DNA of 64,000 bases from Azolla caroliniana (Eukaryota > Plantae > Polypodiophyta). The stretch covers positions 2,790,001 to 2,854,000 of the forward strand of contig JBHGNT010000006.1 of assembly GCA_043228905.1 (NCBI GenBank), in the 5' to 3' direction. The position numbers were made by a program, and so were the translations under genes. Below the pieces are notes generated by a model that saw only the letters and a program-made list of their open reading frames with translations, did not search any database and was not told the origin of the DNA. Positions 25,101 through 36,900 of this stretch are shown here, piece after piece. How positions within the stretch are numbered: position 1 is the stretch's first letter; the number at the start of each line of letters is the position of its first letter.

Positions 25101-27665
25101 TCTGGTGTTTCCCGACCTGTTGGGATCAAAGAACCCTCCTCCTCATAACCTATCCATTTCTCCATTGTCGTCCTTTGATTAACATCTTCCCTAAGCAGTA
25201 ATGTGTTAATGATTTCAGATCTCATAGTCCATCCGACCCTAATTCCATGGAGTATGGTGTCTTGATCTTGTATTGACAATGACATAAACCGTTTCCAGAA
25301 TTCTTTACTTTTTCCTGGACCTTTTGCAATGTATCCCCATGACAACCCCAAGTTACTTGATCCAATTAGTTGATCACATTCATCTTTGATACATGGGTTC
25401 CATAGGATACGTTGACTGAGCCACACAAGTTTGGAATTAGGTTGATCGCACTTGAGCCCTCATCTAATGTCACACCACACCTTCGTGAGAAGCTAGGTTT
25501 GAGATCCATGTTTAGAATCCATCCCGTTTGAAGGGTCCAATTGGCCCTTTTTTGTGGCCTAAAGTAAGCGAAACGTAATTGCAGTAACATTTTCCAGTAG
25601 TCATCCCCTGGTTGGAGTCCTCACACCACAAATTTGGTGAGTAGGGCTTTGGATTGTGAGAGGGGATCAATAAGACCAAATCCTCCTCTCGACTTAGGTG
25701 ATGTGAGTAGGCCACACCACCTTGGCCCGAGCTACATGATCTTCCTTACCAAACCAAATGTAGTTGCGTACCAGTCGTTGAATGTGGTGTATACTTTCCT
25801 TTAAGATTGTCCAACATGATAGGCTGTACCATGCTGTCGCAAGTAATACTTGGTTTGCCACTATGATGTGACCTGCTAGTGAGAGTTTTTTTGAACTCCA
25901 ATGTATCAAATCTTGTCGAATGGAGTAAATAACTAGTGCAATCATAGTTTCCGGAGGAATGTTGAATCCAATTTGGAAACCCAAATATTTGGTGTTTGCT
26001 CCCTGATTGATCCACTTGAAAGTGGGATGTGGGTGCCACGTAGGATGTGCTTCATGAGAAAGCCATATTGCACAAGATTTCTGCCAATTGATCATGGCAT
26101 TTGATCTCTTGCAAAATACGACTAATCCACTTTCTAGCTACTGTAGATTTTCCAAGTCCCCTCGCAGGTAGACTGCGGTGTGATCTGCAAATTCTATATC
26201 CAGGAGAATTTGGTGAGAGTGAGGCACAGGAAGACCACGTAGGTTTAGATGCCACGAATTGAGAAAGCTAGAGAGTGCTTCAACGTATAATAGAAATAAG
26301 GATGCAGCCAGTGGGTGTGAAACACAACTGTTGGCGTTCCTATAAAGTCTTGCAGTGCCTTTGATCCATGACTCTTAGAAGACAAGTTTCCCCATCACAC
26401 TTTCTAGAGATTTCTAGCATACCTTGTCATATGCTTTCTCAAAATCTAGGAGCATCACAATTACCTTGTTGCTGGTATGTGTGGCAATGGCTACTACTTC
26501 CCAAAATGAGAAAAGGTTGTCTAGGATGCTCTGATTTCTAATGAAACTTGTCTGGGACAGATGAATGAGTTGAGGGAGAAATGACGCTAAGAGGTGTACC
26601 ACAATTTTTGCGAGCAACTTATAGACAATATTGAGAAGAGTTATGGGCTGCCACTTACTAATGTTGTTGGCACTCCCACCACTTTTAGGAATGAGATGTA
26701 TCATCCCATGTCGAAATTCCTCATTTCGTCGCCATCCTCAGTGGTCATTCAATCACTGTTCTAGCGTGCCTCGGTCTCTTGGATTGGAAGAATTCCTTCG
26801 TGCTTTTGTCCCCTACCCAAATCCAGTGAGCCATGCTTCCATGAAAATCCGTGTCATAGATTGCCTTCTCAGCCATGATAACCTGTTCCACGATCCAGCT
26901 ACATGACGAGTATCTCTATTAGAGTCGTTGTAAGCCAATGAGTTCCCGTTTTGTCCTTTGTCGCTTTTCCTAAGCATCCTTACTTCTGGTCTTGACGATC
27001 TCGTGTAATAGATTTGAAACTCTTGCTAGTTTAACTAGAAGTTTGTCAGATGTTGATGAGTCATTGATGGGTAATGACCATTGGGTTGTGAGTTGTTTCT
27101 TCACCTCTGTAACTGTGTAAATAGTGTGTGGATATCGAGGCTGCAATGGACCCCACTTTCAGTGCAATTGAAAATGACCGATTACTGAGTAATGTTCGGA
27201 GAAAGTTGTGCCTAGAGTTATGTGACACCATCCTCCATTCGCTTCTAGGTTTCACCTATATAAATACTGTTGATGCGAGATAGGGTGGGTCCACTATTCC
27301 ATCGATCTGATCGAGAAAATAAGAGAGAGTCCCGTTTTCGTTGGAAGTTCTCTGAATGCCATATATCTTGCAGGTTAAGGTGGACACATAAACTGTTGAG
27401 AATCGACGCTCCGATTCACCTTCATCTCTCAGCCACAACCAAGGAAACACACGAATCGTTGTTGCAGAAAATGGGAAATACAGAGAAAGACACAATAACA
27501 CAAGGATTAACGTGGAAAACCCTATACGGGAAAAACCACGGGAGTCCTCAAACTCCAACTATCACTATAAACAGAGATGTACAATGGTGAAGCTACAAGG
27601 CAACAACCTTGAGCTCACTGTCTTCGCCACAGGCGGCGGTAATACACAGAGGCAACGACCTCTTC

Positions 27666-27732
<67 letters not shown>

Positions 27733-27995
27733 AAAGCTCTCTGTAAGTTCACTCCGGCCATCGTTTTCTACATTCTATAGCTCGTTGGAAAGCTCTTTGA
27801 GAGAGCTTTCTAAAGAATGTTCATTTACTGAATTCCGTTACCGTGGCGAGAAGTTATGAGCATTTTCATCCGCAGCCATCTTTGCCCCACGGTTCCTCAA
27901 ACGGAAGGTAGATTTTGAAGCCTTAAATCGAGTGAAAGGTACATTCTCTCTCCTTCCCTCTTTGTCTCTCTTTTCCCGTACGGTTTATCCCTACA

Positions 27996-28865
27996 ATGGC
28001 AAATACTCGTAAAACCGCCGCAAAGTTTGGGGGTATGATTGATAATGAGCCGAGATCACCAACAAATCTCGATTCTAATGCAATGGACAAAATGCTTATG
28101 AGTCACTTGATTTCTCTTCAAGAAACCATAAACAAGCAAGGTGAAGAGATTAGGATGTTAATGAAAGAGAATACTAAGCTCCAAAGTGTTGTCATTGAGA
28201 ATGAAAGTCTTAAACAAGTGGTTGCAAAACTTCAAGAAGAGATTCAAGAATGTAAAAGAGCTTCATTTGAAACAAATGAGCGCCTTAACAAGATTGAGTT
28301 AAAGGAAGCATTAAAAGAAGAAAAATTGGATACGATGAGGCGGGATGTAAGTGAGATGAAAAATGTATGTACAACGAAGTCATGGGCCGATGTATGTGGT
28401 GGGGATGTGTTATCAAACTCATCTAATATGCATGTGATGCATCAAGAGAAGAATATAGAAAGCATAGATGTCCGAGAATTGAAAGAACGCGAACGACGAT
28501 CAAAGAACATTGTCGTCCGTGGGATTAAAGAAGAGAGTATGGAAACACCCGCATCCCTTGGAAAGGCCATTGGTGAATTTTTTAGCATGCATTATGGGAT
28601 GTCAGATGTGAATGTATATGGGGCACACCGAGTTGGGAAACATGGTGTTACTCGCTCCGGAGAAAGGCCTATTGTATGCACAATGACAGATGATACAAAG
28701 CGGCGGATCATACTCGAAAATAGTTGGGTATACCTCAAAGGTACACAATGCTTTGTGAGTGAAGATCGTACTATCTCACAACAAAATGCTCGTCGTAAAG
28801 CATATGAAGAAAGATTGAAAAACAAGGTTAAGGATGTGCCTAAAGATGGAAATGTAGGCAAATAG
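27996..28865 (+). CDS. LINE ORF1 (289 aa): coiled coil plus Tnp_22/RRM-like region
   Basis: Heptad-rich N-terminus, then ERERRSKNIVVRGIKEE...AHRVGK...RPIVC...FVSEDRT, as in L1/CR1-type ORF1 proteins. Confidence 0.88.
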   Translation: MANTRKTAAKFGGMIDNEPRSPTNLDSNAMDKMLMSHLISLQETINKQGEEIRMLMKENTKLQSVVIENESLKQVVAKLQEEIQECKRASFETNERLNKIELKEALKEEKLDTMRRDVSEMKNVCTTKSWADVCGGDVLSNSSNMHVMHQEKNIESIDVRELKERERRSKNIVVRGIKEESMETPASLGKAIGEFFSMHYGMSDVNVYGAHRVGKHGVTRSGERPIVCTMTDDTKRRIILENSWVYLKGTQCFVSEDRTISQQNARRKAYEERLKNKVKDVPKDGNVGK

Positions 28866-28871
28866 GGACAC

Positions 28872-31800
28872 GTGATCTATGAGACTAACCCACGCCTTTT
28901 ACGACTATGCTTTTGGAATTGCAATGGATACCCATGGAATGCGGGATTTGGCATAGAGGAGTTCACCGATGACTCGGATATCACACTTCTTGTTGAAACA
29001 TGGGAGCATGATACTCAAAGGATTCAAGGTTTAGGAAACTATAATGTACACTCTTTGATATGGAAGAAAAATCCAAGACAAAGAAGAGGACAAGGAGGGG
29101 TGGCATGTTTGATTAAGAAGGAAATAGAGAAATATGTGTCAATCATAAAAAATGATGAAAATAAATGCTACATATGGCTCAAAATAGAAACACCTAATGA
29201 TTTGCCCACTTTTGTTGTTGGATGTTACATTCCTCATCAAGATTCTAACTTTTATGCTTGTTTGGATAAAGATCGACCGTTTGCCAATCTAGAAGATGAT
29301 ATTGCTTATTTCAAATCCAAAGGGGAAGTTATTGTCTTTGGTGACATGAATGCTCGTACAAGAAGTTTCCAACTTGATTCACAAGAATCTTTCATGCCAC
29401 ATATCTCAAGGATGCAAGAGGATATGCAAATGTATAACCGCTCTTCTAGCGATGAAAAAGATCCTGACCAATTTGGGAAGTTACTCCTACAAATGTGCAA
29501 TAGTACCGGATTGCTTATTGCAAATGGTATTTCCTTATGGCCCAACACTAATGGTTTTACATGTAGAAAATACAACGGAAATAGTGTGATTGATTATGTG
29601 CTACTTTCCGAAGGTATTTTGGATCGTATACATAAATTCTCACTTGGTGAATGGACACCGGAATCAGATCATAGGCCTTTATGTATTGATCTCAAATGTA
29701 TGCATAGGTTTGATTGTGAGAAGGCTATTGAAGATAATAAACAACCGCACTTGAGCATGAACCTTAAGCGAGCACCCATGTATTCCAAGATGGTTGAGGA
29801 TATGTTACAAATGACAAAGATACAACATGGTGCCACACTAGAATGCAAATGGGAAGCTTTCAAGAAAGTCATTCTCTCATGTACAAACAAATGTTTTTCA
29901 ACCAACCGCACATCTTGGAAATGCACCAAGAAACTTAGGAAAAAATGGTTTGATAAAGAATGTCGTGAAGCTCGAAAGTGCCTTATGGTTTTGGATGTAG
30001 TTAAGGATAAAGAGAATTACCAAAAGCATTTGCATGAGTATAAAAGGCTTATTCAAAGAAAGAGAAGAATATGGGAAGTTACTCAACAATTTATCCAAAC
30101 GCAAGAGAAAGCACATGCATGTGCTAAATTTTGGGGAAATCTAAAGGGAAAACGTGTTGAGAGTTATGGTGACTTAACTCTTCACGACTTGTCTATGCAT
30201 TGTAAGAATTTATATGAGTTATCTCTTGCCGGAAAGATGATGTGTTATGGTTCTCTTTCACATATGCCTTCCTTCTTTACAATTGAAGATATATGCATAG
30301 GACTTAAGAAATTGGCCTCTCGAAAGGCAAGCGATCTTCAATGTATAAAGGCTGAAATGCTCAAATGGACGGGAAAGGAAGCACATATATGGATAAGCGA
30401 TATGTTTAATGATGCATTGCAACATGGTATGCCGTACGATTGGACTACAAATTGGATCAAACCTTTACATAAAGGTGGAGATATAAATAATGTAAACAAC
30501 TATCGAACCATCATGGTTGGCTCATTAATGGCAAAACTATTTGGATGTATAATGGAATCAAAGATAAGTGTATGGGCTGAAAAAAGTGGTAAGAGAGCTT
30601 ATGGACAAGCTGGCTTTCGGAAACACCATAGCACCATTGATCACCTTATCACCCTTCGAGTATTAATGGAGGAAAGTCGCCTTAGAGGTAAAGGTTTATA
30701 TTGTTGCTTTGTAGACTTCAAGAAAGCTTTTGATATGGTACCTCGTGAGCATCTTTGGAGGCGAATGGAAGAACTTGAGGTGCCAAGTGAATATATGCTT
30801 GCAATTTCCCGAATTTATGAGAAGGTTATATGTTGTGTGCGCATGAAAGATAAACTTTCAGATTTTTTCAAAAGCACTATTGGTGTTAAGCAAGGATGCC
30901 CACTCTCACCAACACTATTTGGTCTATGCATTGATGAATTGGAAGAAATGGTTACCAAGTTTGCAAAGGAAGAATGTGTTGAAGAAGTTGCCATTGGGAA
31001 TGTTGTGATTATGCTTTTGCTATATGCAGATGACGTAGTGCTTTTTGCAAATACTTTAGGAGATGCACAAAAGCTTATGAAGGCATTGGAAAAATTTTGC
31101 ATGCATACTAAATTAAGTGTCAATAGCTCTAAAACAAAGATTATGCTTGTGAAGAGCCAAAAAAGAGATAAACCATGCATTATGTACAACAATGAGCCAC
31201 TTGAATGTGTGGAAAGCTTCAAATATCTTGGCCTTGAAGTTCCTTCAAATCATAGATGGAATGAATGTGCTACACGCCGCTTAGAGGCGGGCAAACGAGC
31301 ATACTATGCATTTGAGAACACATGCAATCTTGGAGATATTAAGTGTTGGGTCCTCAAGAAATATCTTTTTGACACTTTGGTGACACCAGTTCTTCTCTAT
31401 GGGGTGGAAGTATGGGGCGGTAGCATCCCTAAGTCTATGTGGAAAGAGTTTGAAAATGTCCAAAAGCATTTTCTTACCAAGTTTCTACAAGTTAAGAAAC
31501 AAACGCCCTACACCCTGCTCCTCCTTGAGACGGGATCGCTTCCCATTGAGATCATGGCCATGGAAAGGGTTGTTGAATACATGCTTAAGGTTCAAAAAAG
31601 TCCCTCACATCGACTTCCTAGAATTGCGTGGGAAGCAAGCAAAAAGATCCAAAAGACGCATAAAAGCAAAATTTTGTGTTCCGGTTGGATGCAAGATATA
31701 GAAAAATGGTTTGGTAGATGGGATGCGAGACACTTGCTTCATGATGCATCATTAGATTCCTCTGTAAATGAGGCATTTTTGCAACGCCAATGTATCATGA

Positions 31801-32246
31801 CATGGGACAAATGTGGAGGCTCACGCTTCACACATTATACTACACATGTTGCACCTAACTACAAAACCATATTCTTTGTGGAACGGGGAAATCGTACACA
31901 TCCATACATGTTAGAGCCCATACCGTTATCTGCCATTCGAACCATTGCTTCCATGCGACTTAGCTCACATGCATTGCGATGTGAAATAGGGCGTTGGGGT
32001 ACAAGTGATGAGAGTGGTCGGCTATGCACACTTTGCCCTAAACAAGTTCGCGAGTCTGAGTATCACACTTTGATACAATGCTCTGCCTTTGATCATATTC
32101 GACCATGCTTTCCACATCTCTTCGATCGAGCCCAATCTTTGCATGAATTCCTCTCACAACCACAATGTGCACTCTCGATTGCAACATTCATTGGTAAAGT
32201 TCTTGAACATCGAGAGTCACTACTCACTTTCACACGTATCACGTGA
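28872..32246 (+). CDS. LINE ORF2 (1124 aa): APE endonuclease, RT and C-terminal CCHC
   Basis: WNCNG, LVETW, GDMNAR, IDY, SDH; QAGFR, FVDFKKAFD, GVKQGCPLSP, YADD, KYLG; CTLC...HTLIQC. First codon is GTG. Confidence 0.95.
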   Translation: MIYETNPRLLRLCFWNCNGYPWNAGFGIEEFTDDSDITLLVETWEHDTQRIQGLGNYNVHSLIWKKNPRQRRGQGGVACLIKKEIEKYVSIIKNDENKCYIWLKIETPNDLPTFVVGCYIPHQDSNFYACLDKDRPFANLEDDIAYFKSKGEVIVFGDMNARTRSFQLDSQESFMPHISRMQEDMQMYNRSSSDEKDPDQFGKLLLQMCNSTGLLIANGISLWPNTNGFTCRKYNGNSVIDYVLLSEGILDRIHKFSLGEWTPESDHRPLCIDLKCMHRFDCEKAIEDNKQPHLSMNLKRAPMYSKMVEDMLQMTKIQHGATLECKWEAFKKVILSCTNKCFSTNRTSWKCTKKLRKKWFDKECREARKCLMVLDVVKDKENYQKHLHEYKRLIQRKRRIWEVTQQFIQTQEKAHACAKFWGNLKGKRVESYGDLTLHDLSMHCKNLYELSLAGKMMCYGSLSHMPSFFTIEDICIGLKKLASRKASDLQCIKAEMLKWTGKEAHIWISDMFNDALQHGMPYDWTTNWIKPLHKGGDINNVNNYRTIMVGSLMAKLFGCIMESKISVWAEKSGKRAYGQAGFRKHHSTIDHLITLRVLMEESRLRGKGLYCCFVDFKKAFDMVPREHLWRRMEELEVPSEYMLAISRIYEKVICCVRMKDKLSDFFKSTIGVKQGCPLSPTLFGLCIDELEEMVTKFAKEECVEEVAIGNVVIMLLLYADDVVLFANTLGDAQKLMKALEKFCMHTKLSVNSSKTKIMLVKSQKRDKPCIMYNNEPLECVESFKYLGLEVPSNHRWNECATRRLEAGKRAYYAFENTCNLGDIKCWVLKKYLFDTLVTPVLLYGVEVWGGSIPKSMWKEFENVQKHFLTKFLQVKKQTPYTLLLLETGSLPIEIMAMERVVEYMLKVQKSPSHRLPRIAWEASKKIQKTHKSKILCSGWMQDIEKWFGRWDARHLLHDASLDSSVNEAFLQRQCIMTWDKCGGSRFTHYTTHVAPNYKTIFFVERGNRTHPYMLEPIPLSAIRTIASMRLSSHALRCEIGRWGTSDESGRLCTLCPKQVRESEYHTLIQCSAFDHIRPCFPHLFDRAQSLHEFLSQPQCALSIATFIGKVLEHRESLLTFTRIT

Positions 32247-32301
32247 AATGTAATATTTTTGGTCTCATAGGTCATATTTGATCTCCGAAGACGATAATAT
32301 A

Positions 32302-32333
<32 letters not shown>

Positions 32334-32517
32334 CTCGGCTGCTCACTTAGCTCCCTCTAAGTGGAAAAACTAGAAAACTGAGTAGCGCAAACAAACAGTT
32401 TGCCCTAAGTCATATTTATACACATATGACTTTCGGGCTATTTACAAATATAGCCTCAAGGGCCCTTGGCAAACATATTCACAAATATGTCCCCACATCC
32501 GGATCTATCTCCGGGTA

Positions 32518-32643
32518 TCTTCATCATCCGGCTCCGTAGCCGGGGTCTTCATCATCCGGCTCCGTAGCCGGGGTCATCATCATCCGGCTCCGTAGCCGGG
32601 GTCTTCATCATCCGGCTCCGTAGCCGGGGTCATCATCATCCGG
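32518..32643. repeat. 28-bp tandem repeat (~4.5 copies) in the LTR U3
   Basis: Unit TC(T/A)TCATCATCCGGCTCCGTAGCCGGGG starting at 32518, 32546, 32574, 32602, with a partial copy at 32630. Confidence 0.95.
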
Positions 32644-34739
32644 ACATCCGACCATCCCATCCGGAGGGACCGTAATCCCAACATAAACTTCTCCCACTGT
32701 TTACGTTGCCTTCCTTGGAGAACTATGGGATTGTTGTTAGAGCTATCGTGAAGGGATTCAATCATATTAAAATCCCCTCCAATGCACCACTCCTCCTCAC
32801 CCACTACTTGTAGGTGGATGCGCTCCCAGAATGTTACCCTTTTTGTTCTTCTATTTGGAGCATAAACATTCATGAAATTCCAGCGTTGCCCTTGGATGAC
32901 CAACATGCAAAAATGCACCCTACTAGGTATAAGTGATTCCTAGTGTATTATGCCTTGGGCTAGATGCTCCCAAATCAAAGCGCAAATACCACCATGATTT
33001 CCATCCTCCCCTATTGCTGGCTCCCAAATTGTTCACCACAATCCTTGTAGAAGGTCTCCAACTTCCTTTGAGCGGGTACTATTGAGGTGGTGTTCCTGCA
33101 ACATGATGATGTCAGCAGCACCCCCTAATGTATACTCCTCAAGATCCTTCCTTAGTTTCCATATGTTTTGTTGGTCTAGTTGACGCCTGAGCCCTTGCAT
33201 GTTCCATGTTACAACATTCATAATCATGGAATGAGGTGGGAGGTTGCCAGGTGTTCATGATGCTTTGCACAACAGGCCGTGAGTGGGGAGCAGTCACCAT
33301 TTAGACATCCAGTCATTTGTACTGATGGAATGATGGTCCAAATACATGATTGGAGTTTGTGGGCTATCCGGTGAGCTTCAATAGCCCCTTCCTGCTTCTC
33401 ATAGAAATAGAAAAAACCTAGAGTTAGTTGAGTGTCTATGATAGTTCACAGGTGGATGTGGCAGAGATGAGGGTCCTCTTATCCATGGTGCACTAGAATT
33501 CTGTGTTATTCTAGTATTTCTTTAGTTCGTTCATGAGGTCTTCATATCTTATTCTTGTTACAAAACATGTTGCTTGGTTACATAACATATCTTTAATCTT
33601 GGACTTGGACCAGGCTTCTCATAGAAATAGAAAAAACCTAGAGTTAGCACAGTGTCTATGATAATCCATAGGTGGATGTGGCAGAGATGAGGGTGCTCTT
33701 TATCCATGGTGCACCAGAATTTTGTGTTATTTCAGTACTTATTTAGTTCGTTCATGTCAAGGTCTTCATATCGTATTCTTGTTACGAAACATGTTGCTTG
33801 GCTCCATAACATATCTTTAATCTTGGACTTGGACCAGGCTTCTTGTGCCAGAGGCAAGAGTGGAAAGGAGTTTGAGGTCGTCGATGCTCCATTATTGTGT
33901 ATCGCTTGATACATTTACCCTTATTTTGTCCATTGTCTTGTGCCCTATACCTAACCATGTCTGAGGGGTGACATTTAGACTTGTGCCTAGAGGTATCACG
34001 CTTGTTTGAGTTTGGGAAGACTATGATCTGAGGAGTGACATTTAGACTTGGTTTGTTGCTTCTCCTTTGGGTGTAGTTCCGCTCAATCTCCGCATTAGGG
34101 TCTTAACATGACTTATCCGTTGCCGCTTCTCTATTTTGTAAGCTTTAATGAGAACTTTCTCTTGTGTGCTTGGAGTCACCTTAGGCCTTTCCTTGGGGCT
34201 TAAGAAAGTACTAGGGGAGTGTTCATCAATGGGGTGGAGCTCTTGTAACAGATCAAATCGATTTGGACTTAGAGGCGATCAAGGATTTTGTGATTGTGGA
34301 GTTTTGCATAGGACATGGGTTTTCCCCACCACTCGCCATTCCATCATAGCCTTATCGGGTCTTGGTAACTCTTCATTTCTTGATACAATAATTTCACCAA
34401 GCTATGGGACAATTCATGGGAGAGTTTGGAAGACAATTACGGGTTCATGGTGTTTTTACATGGGATATTTGTCTTTCTAAAACATTTTACTTATGCATTA
34501 CGGGATTTCCCAAGCATCTTCATGCAAACAATGTTAGCCTCTTCAAAAACTAATATTAAGTTTGATGTAATGCTTCCTTGGTCTCTCTCCCCTTGACACT
34601 TATTCCTGATATAATAATTTTCACCAAGCTATGGGACAATTGGTTGTAGAGTTTAGAATAGAAATAAGGGTTCATGGTGTTTCTAGACGAGATGGGTTCA
34701 TGCTTCCCTTTGTGGAGTGTCTACCCTCCTGATGAGAAT

Positions 34740-36294
34740 CTGGCACGGATGCCGGCTTCGTCAAGTTGTCCTACTGAGATCAAGGGACGAGAGCTCAGGA
34801 ACGTGTCGGACGTTGTGTAGTACGAGTGTAGAGCCACCTTGAAGGTTGAGCTCTACGGTGCCGATTCCGATTATAGCACAGTGCTGCGAGTTTCCGACTT
34901 GAACTGAGTCGGAGTGCCAGTCCGAGTATTGCCGAAACTGAGATCGGTGAGGGGTCACATGATACGATGCGCCCGAGTCCAGGAGCCATGTGCTCGACTC
35001 CTCAATTGTAAGCAAAACTTCTGATTCGACTGGGTTCTCAATGGACAGTATGTTCGGGTCGGTCGTCAAAATTTCGGCTGAAGAGCCGACGTAGTTGACC
35101 TCCTCATGCCGGCTACTCTTTTGATCCGCTGTCGTGAAGAATTTCGGCCAGAGGCGGAAACCGGGAAACATTGGCTACATTGGCGGGGTGCAGCGTGTGT
35201 ACGCACCCATGTACATTTAGTGTGAATATCGAGGGCGCCTTTATGGTGCCGAAGAGTAGTCAAGTCGGGGAAGACGATCCCATAGAAGGCGGGATTTGTC
35301 CCACATTGTAACACATCCCTTGCCTTGTTCTATAAAAGGAAGGGAACACCCTTTGTGAAAGGGTTGCCCGTTTTGCATTAGAGGGTATACTGTTAGGTTT
35401 AGAGTTAGGTTTTTTTTCTTCTTCTTCTCCTTCCTCTTCCCCTTCGTGTTCGCTTAGGGTTTGCTTTGGTTCGGCCTCCTGTGCAAGACCCCGCTCGGCG
35501 CGACGAGCTGAGAGCTCCCCGACGGCGGCTTGGCAGCTGACGACTACTGTAACCTACCTCAGTCCGGCTCGACGCCGGGAATGTATTCTGCTTCGGATGA
35601 CTGCAGCGATGAGAGGGACGGATCCAACTGATCCTCCCGAATGTCGATCAGCCGATTGAAGCACGAAGTGGTTGTTGCCAGGAGACCAATCTGCAGTGGG
35701 TGGTTACAACAAGCAGATGAATAGCATCCGGTGACCTATTCAGATGTTGTTTAACCGAATGAGGCACGATTGGGTCAGTTGTTGCTCAAGGAACTCCCCT
35801 CAAGCGGTTACAATCACAGCAACAAAGTACAACTGACTGGCTTACTCTAGTTTGTGATTAAACACAGTGAGATGCAAGTTTTTTGGTTTTCTTCTCCCTT
35901 CTCTGTTCTTCAAAGAAAACGAAAACAAAATGTTGTGTTGTACGATGACGGCCGATAGCAGGTTGAAGAACCTCCAACGCTTTGATACCAAATGTTGGGG
36001 ACAAGGCCGTCAATGCGGAAGAGCAGACAACATTCTGTGATGGTGAAGAACCTGCGTATGTGAATTAACACTAGATACGCACAAAGAGAGAGGGAGAGAT
36101 AGGCACAAAGGAGAAGATATATTCTAATAGCAACAGTTACAAATGACAACCAACCTTCACTAAAGGTTACAAAGTCACTTTATATAGTGACTATCCTAGG
36201 GCAACTGCCCTTTATGCTATTTACAGAAATGGCCCAAACTTGGGCTGTCCAAAGGGACAATGTGAATACGGCCATTATACACTCATATTCGACA
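34740..36294 (-). mobile_element. 5' part of a Copia element: LTR 35993-36294, tRNA-iMet PBS 35979-35990, protease fragment
   Basis: TGTCGAAT...CCCCAACA followed by TTTGGTATCAAAGC; WLLDSGASYHVT...VQVGN...GIGTV...LHNVRHVP. Confidence 0.85.
35130..35590 (+). mobile_element. Truncated LTR of the TGTCGTGAAG family inserted in the Copia gag/protease region
   Basis: Begins TGTCGTGAAGAA after CCGC; homologous to 57589-58854 (CCACATTGTAAC..TATAAAAGGAAGGG..GGGTTGCCC..CTCCTGTGCAAGACCCC). Confidence 0.75.
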
Positions 36295-36296
36295 CC

Positions 36297-36900
36297 TCCG
36301 TCTCTCTCTCTCTCTCATGTTTGTGTAGTTCTCCCTCCCTCCCTCCCTCCCTCCCTCTCTCCCTCCCACCCACTCTTTCTCACGTCTGTGTGGTCTCTTT
36401 TCGAGCAATTTGGTCACATCCGTGACCCGGACAACTCGGCCAACATCACCGTAATAGTTCTGTGCTCCAAACACACACATATATCTGTGTGTTCTCTCTG
36501 TCTCTCTTTCTCTCTCTCTCTCTCTCTCTTCTCATCTGTGTAGTTATCCCTCACTCACTCACTCACTCACTGTCTCTCCCCATGTGTAGTCTACCTCTCT
36601 CTCTCTCTCTCTCCTCGTCTGTGTAGTTCTCCTTCACTGTTACTCTCTCTCTCTCTCCCATTGTCTTGTTGTCTCCCTCCCTCCCTCCCTCCCTCTCTCT
36701 CTCTCCTCGTCTGTGTAGTTCTCCTTCACTGTTACTCTCTCTCTCTCTCCCATTGTCTTGTTGTCTCCCTCCCTCTCTCCCTCTCTCTCTCTCTCTCTCC
36801 TCGTCTGTGTATTTCTCCTTCACTGTCACTCTCTCTCTCTCTCTCCCATTGTCTTGTTGTCTCCCTCCCTCCCTCTAGTCTCTCTCTCCCTCTCTCTCTA
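36297..36900. repeat. CT-rich minisatellite, ~90-bp unit, at least 3 copies
   Basis: CTCCTCGTCTGTGTAGTTCTCCTTCACTGTTAC(TC)nCCATTGTCTTGTTGTCTCCC(TCCC)n is repeated. Confidence 0.85.

Larger units (their letters stand above)
27729..32332 (+). mobile_element. Full-length RTEX/CR1-like LINE, copy A
   Basis: (TC)31 upstream; 5'UTR, ORF1, ORF2, short 3'UTR and (ATCT)n tail at 32302-32332; near-identical to 39039-43641. Confidence 0.95.
27394..32683 (-). mobile_element. Copia solo LTR (~620 bp without insert) with the LINE inserted in its TC tract
   Basis: TGTTG...CAACA termini; perfect TSD TAAAC (27389-27393, 32684-32688); homologous to the LTR at 62470-62931 (GGAAAACCCTA..GGGAAAAACCACGGGAG; GCCCTAAGTCATATTTATAC). 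Confidence 0.9.
23782..34700 (-). mobile_element. Degenerate near-full-length L1 LINE, split by a solo LTR that contains the RTEX-like LINE
   Basis: Poly(A) seen as T16 at 23782-23797; zf-RVT ~24000-24700; RT motifs WQPITLLNIVYKL, LLDFEKAYD, INWQKS, KYLG; APE motifs TWNMQGL, IMLQEHH, NVYAPN, IGGDFN (32700-33227). APE sequence continues across the 27394-32683 insertion. 5' boundary approximate. Confidence 0.85.

Noticed and set aside
32518-32643. 28-bp palindromic repeats as a CRISPR array
   Set aside because: No spacers, no cas genes, and a eukaryotic LTR context.
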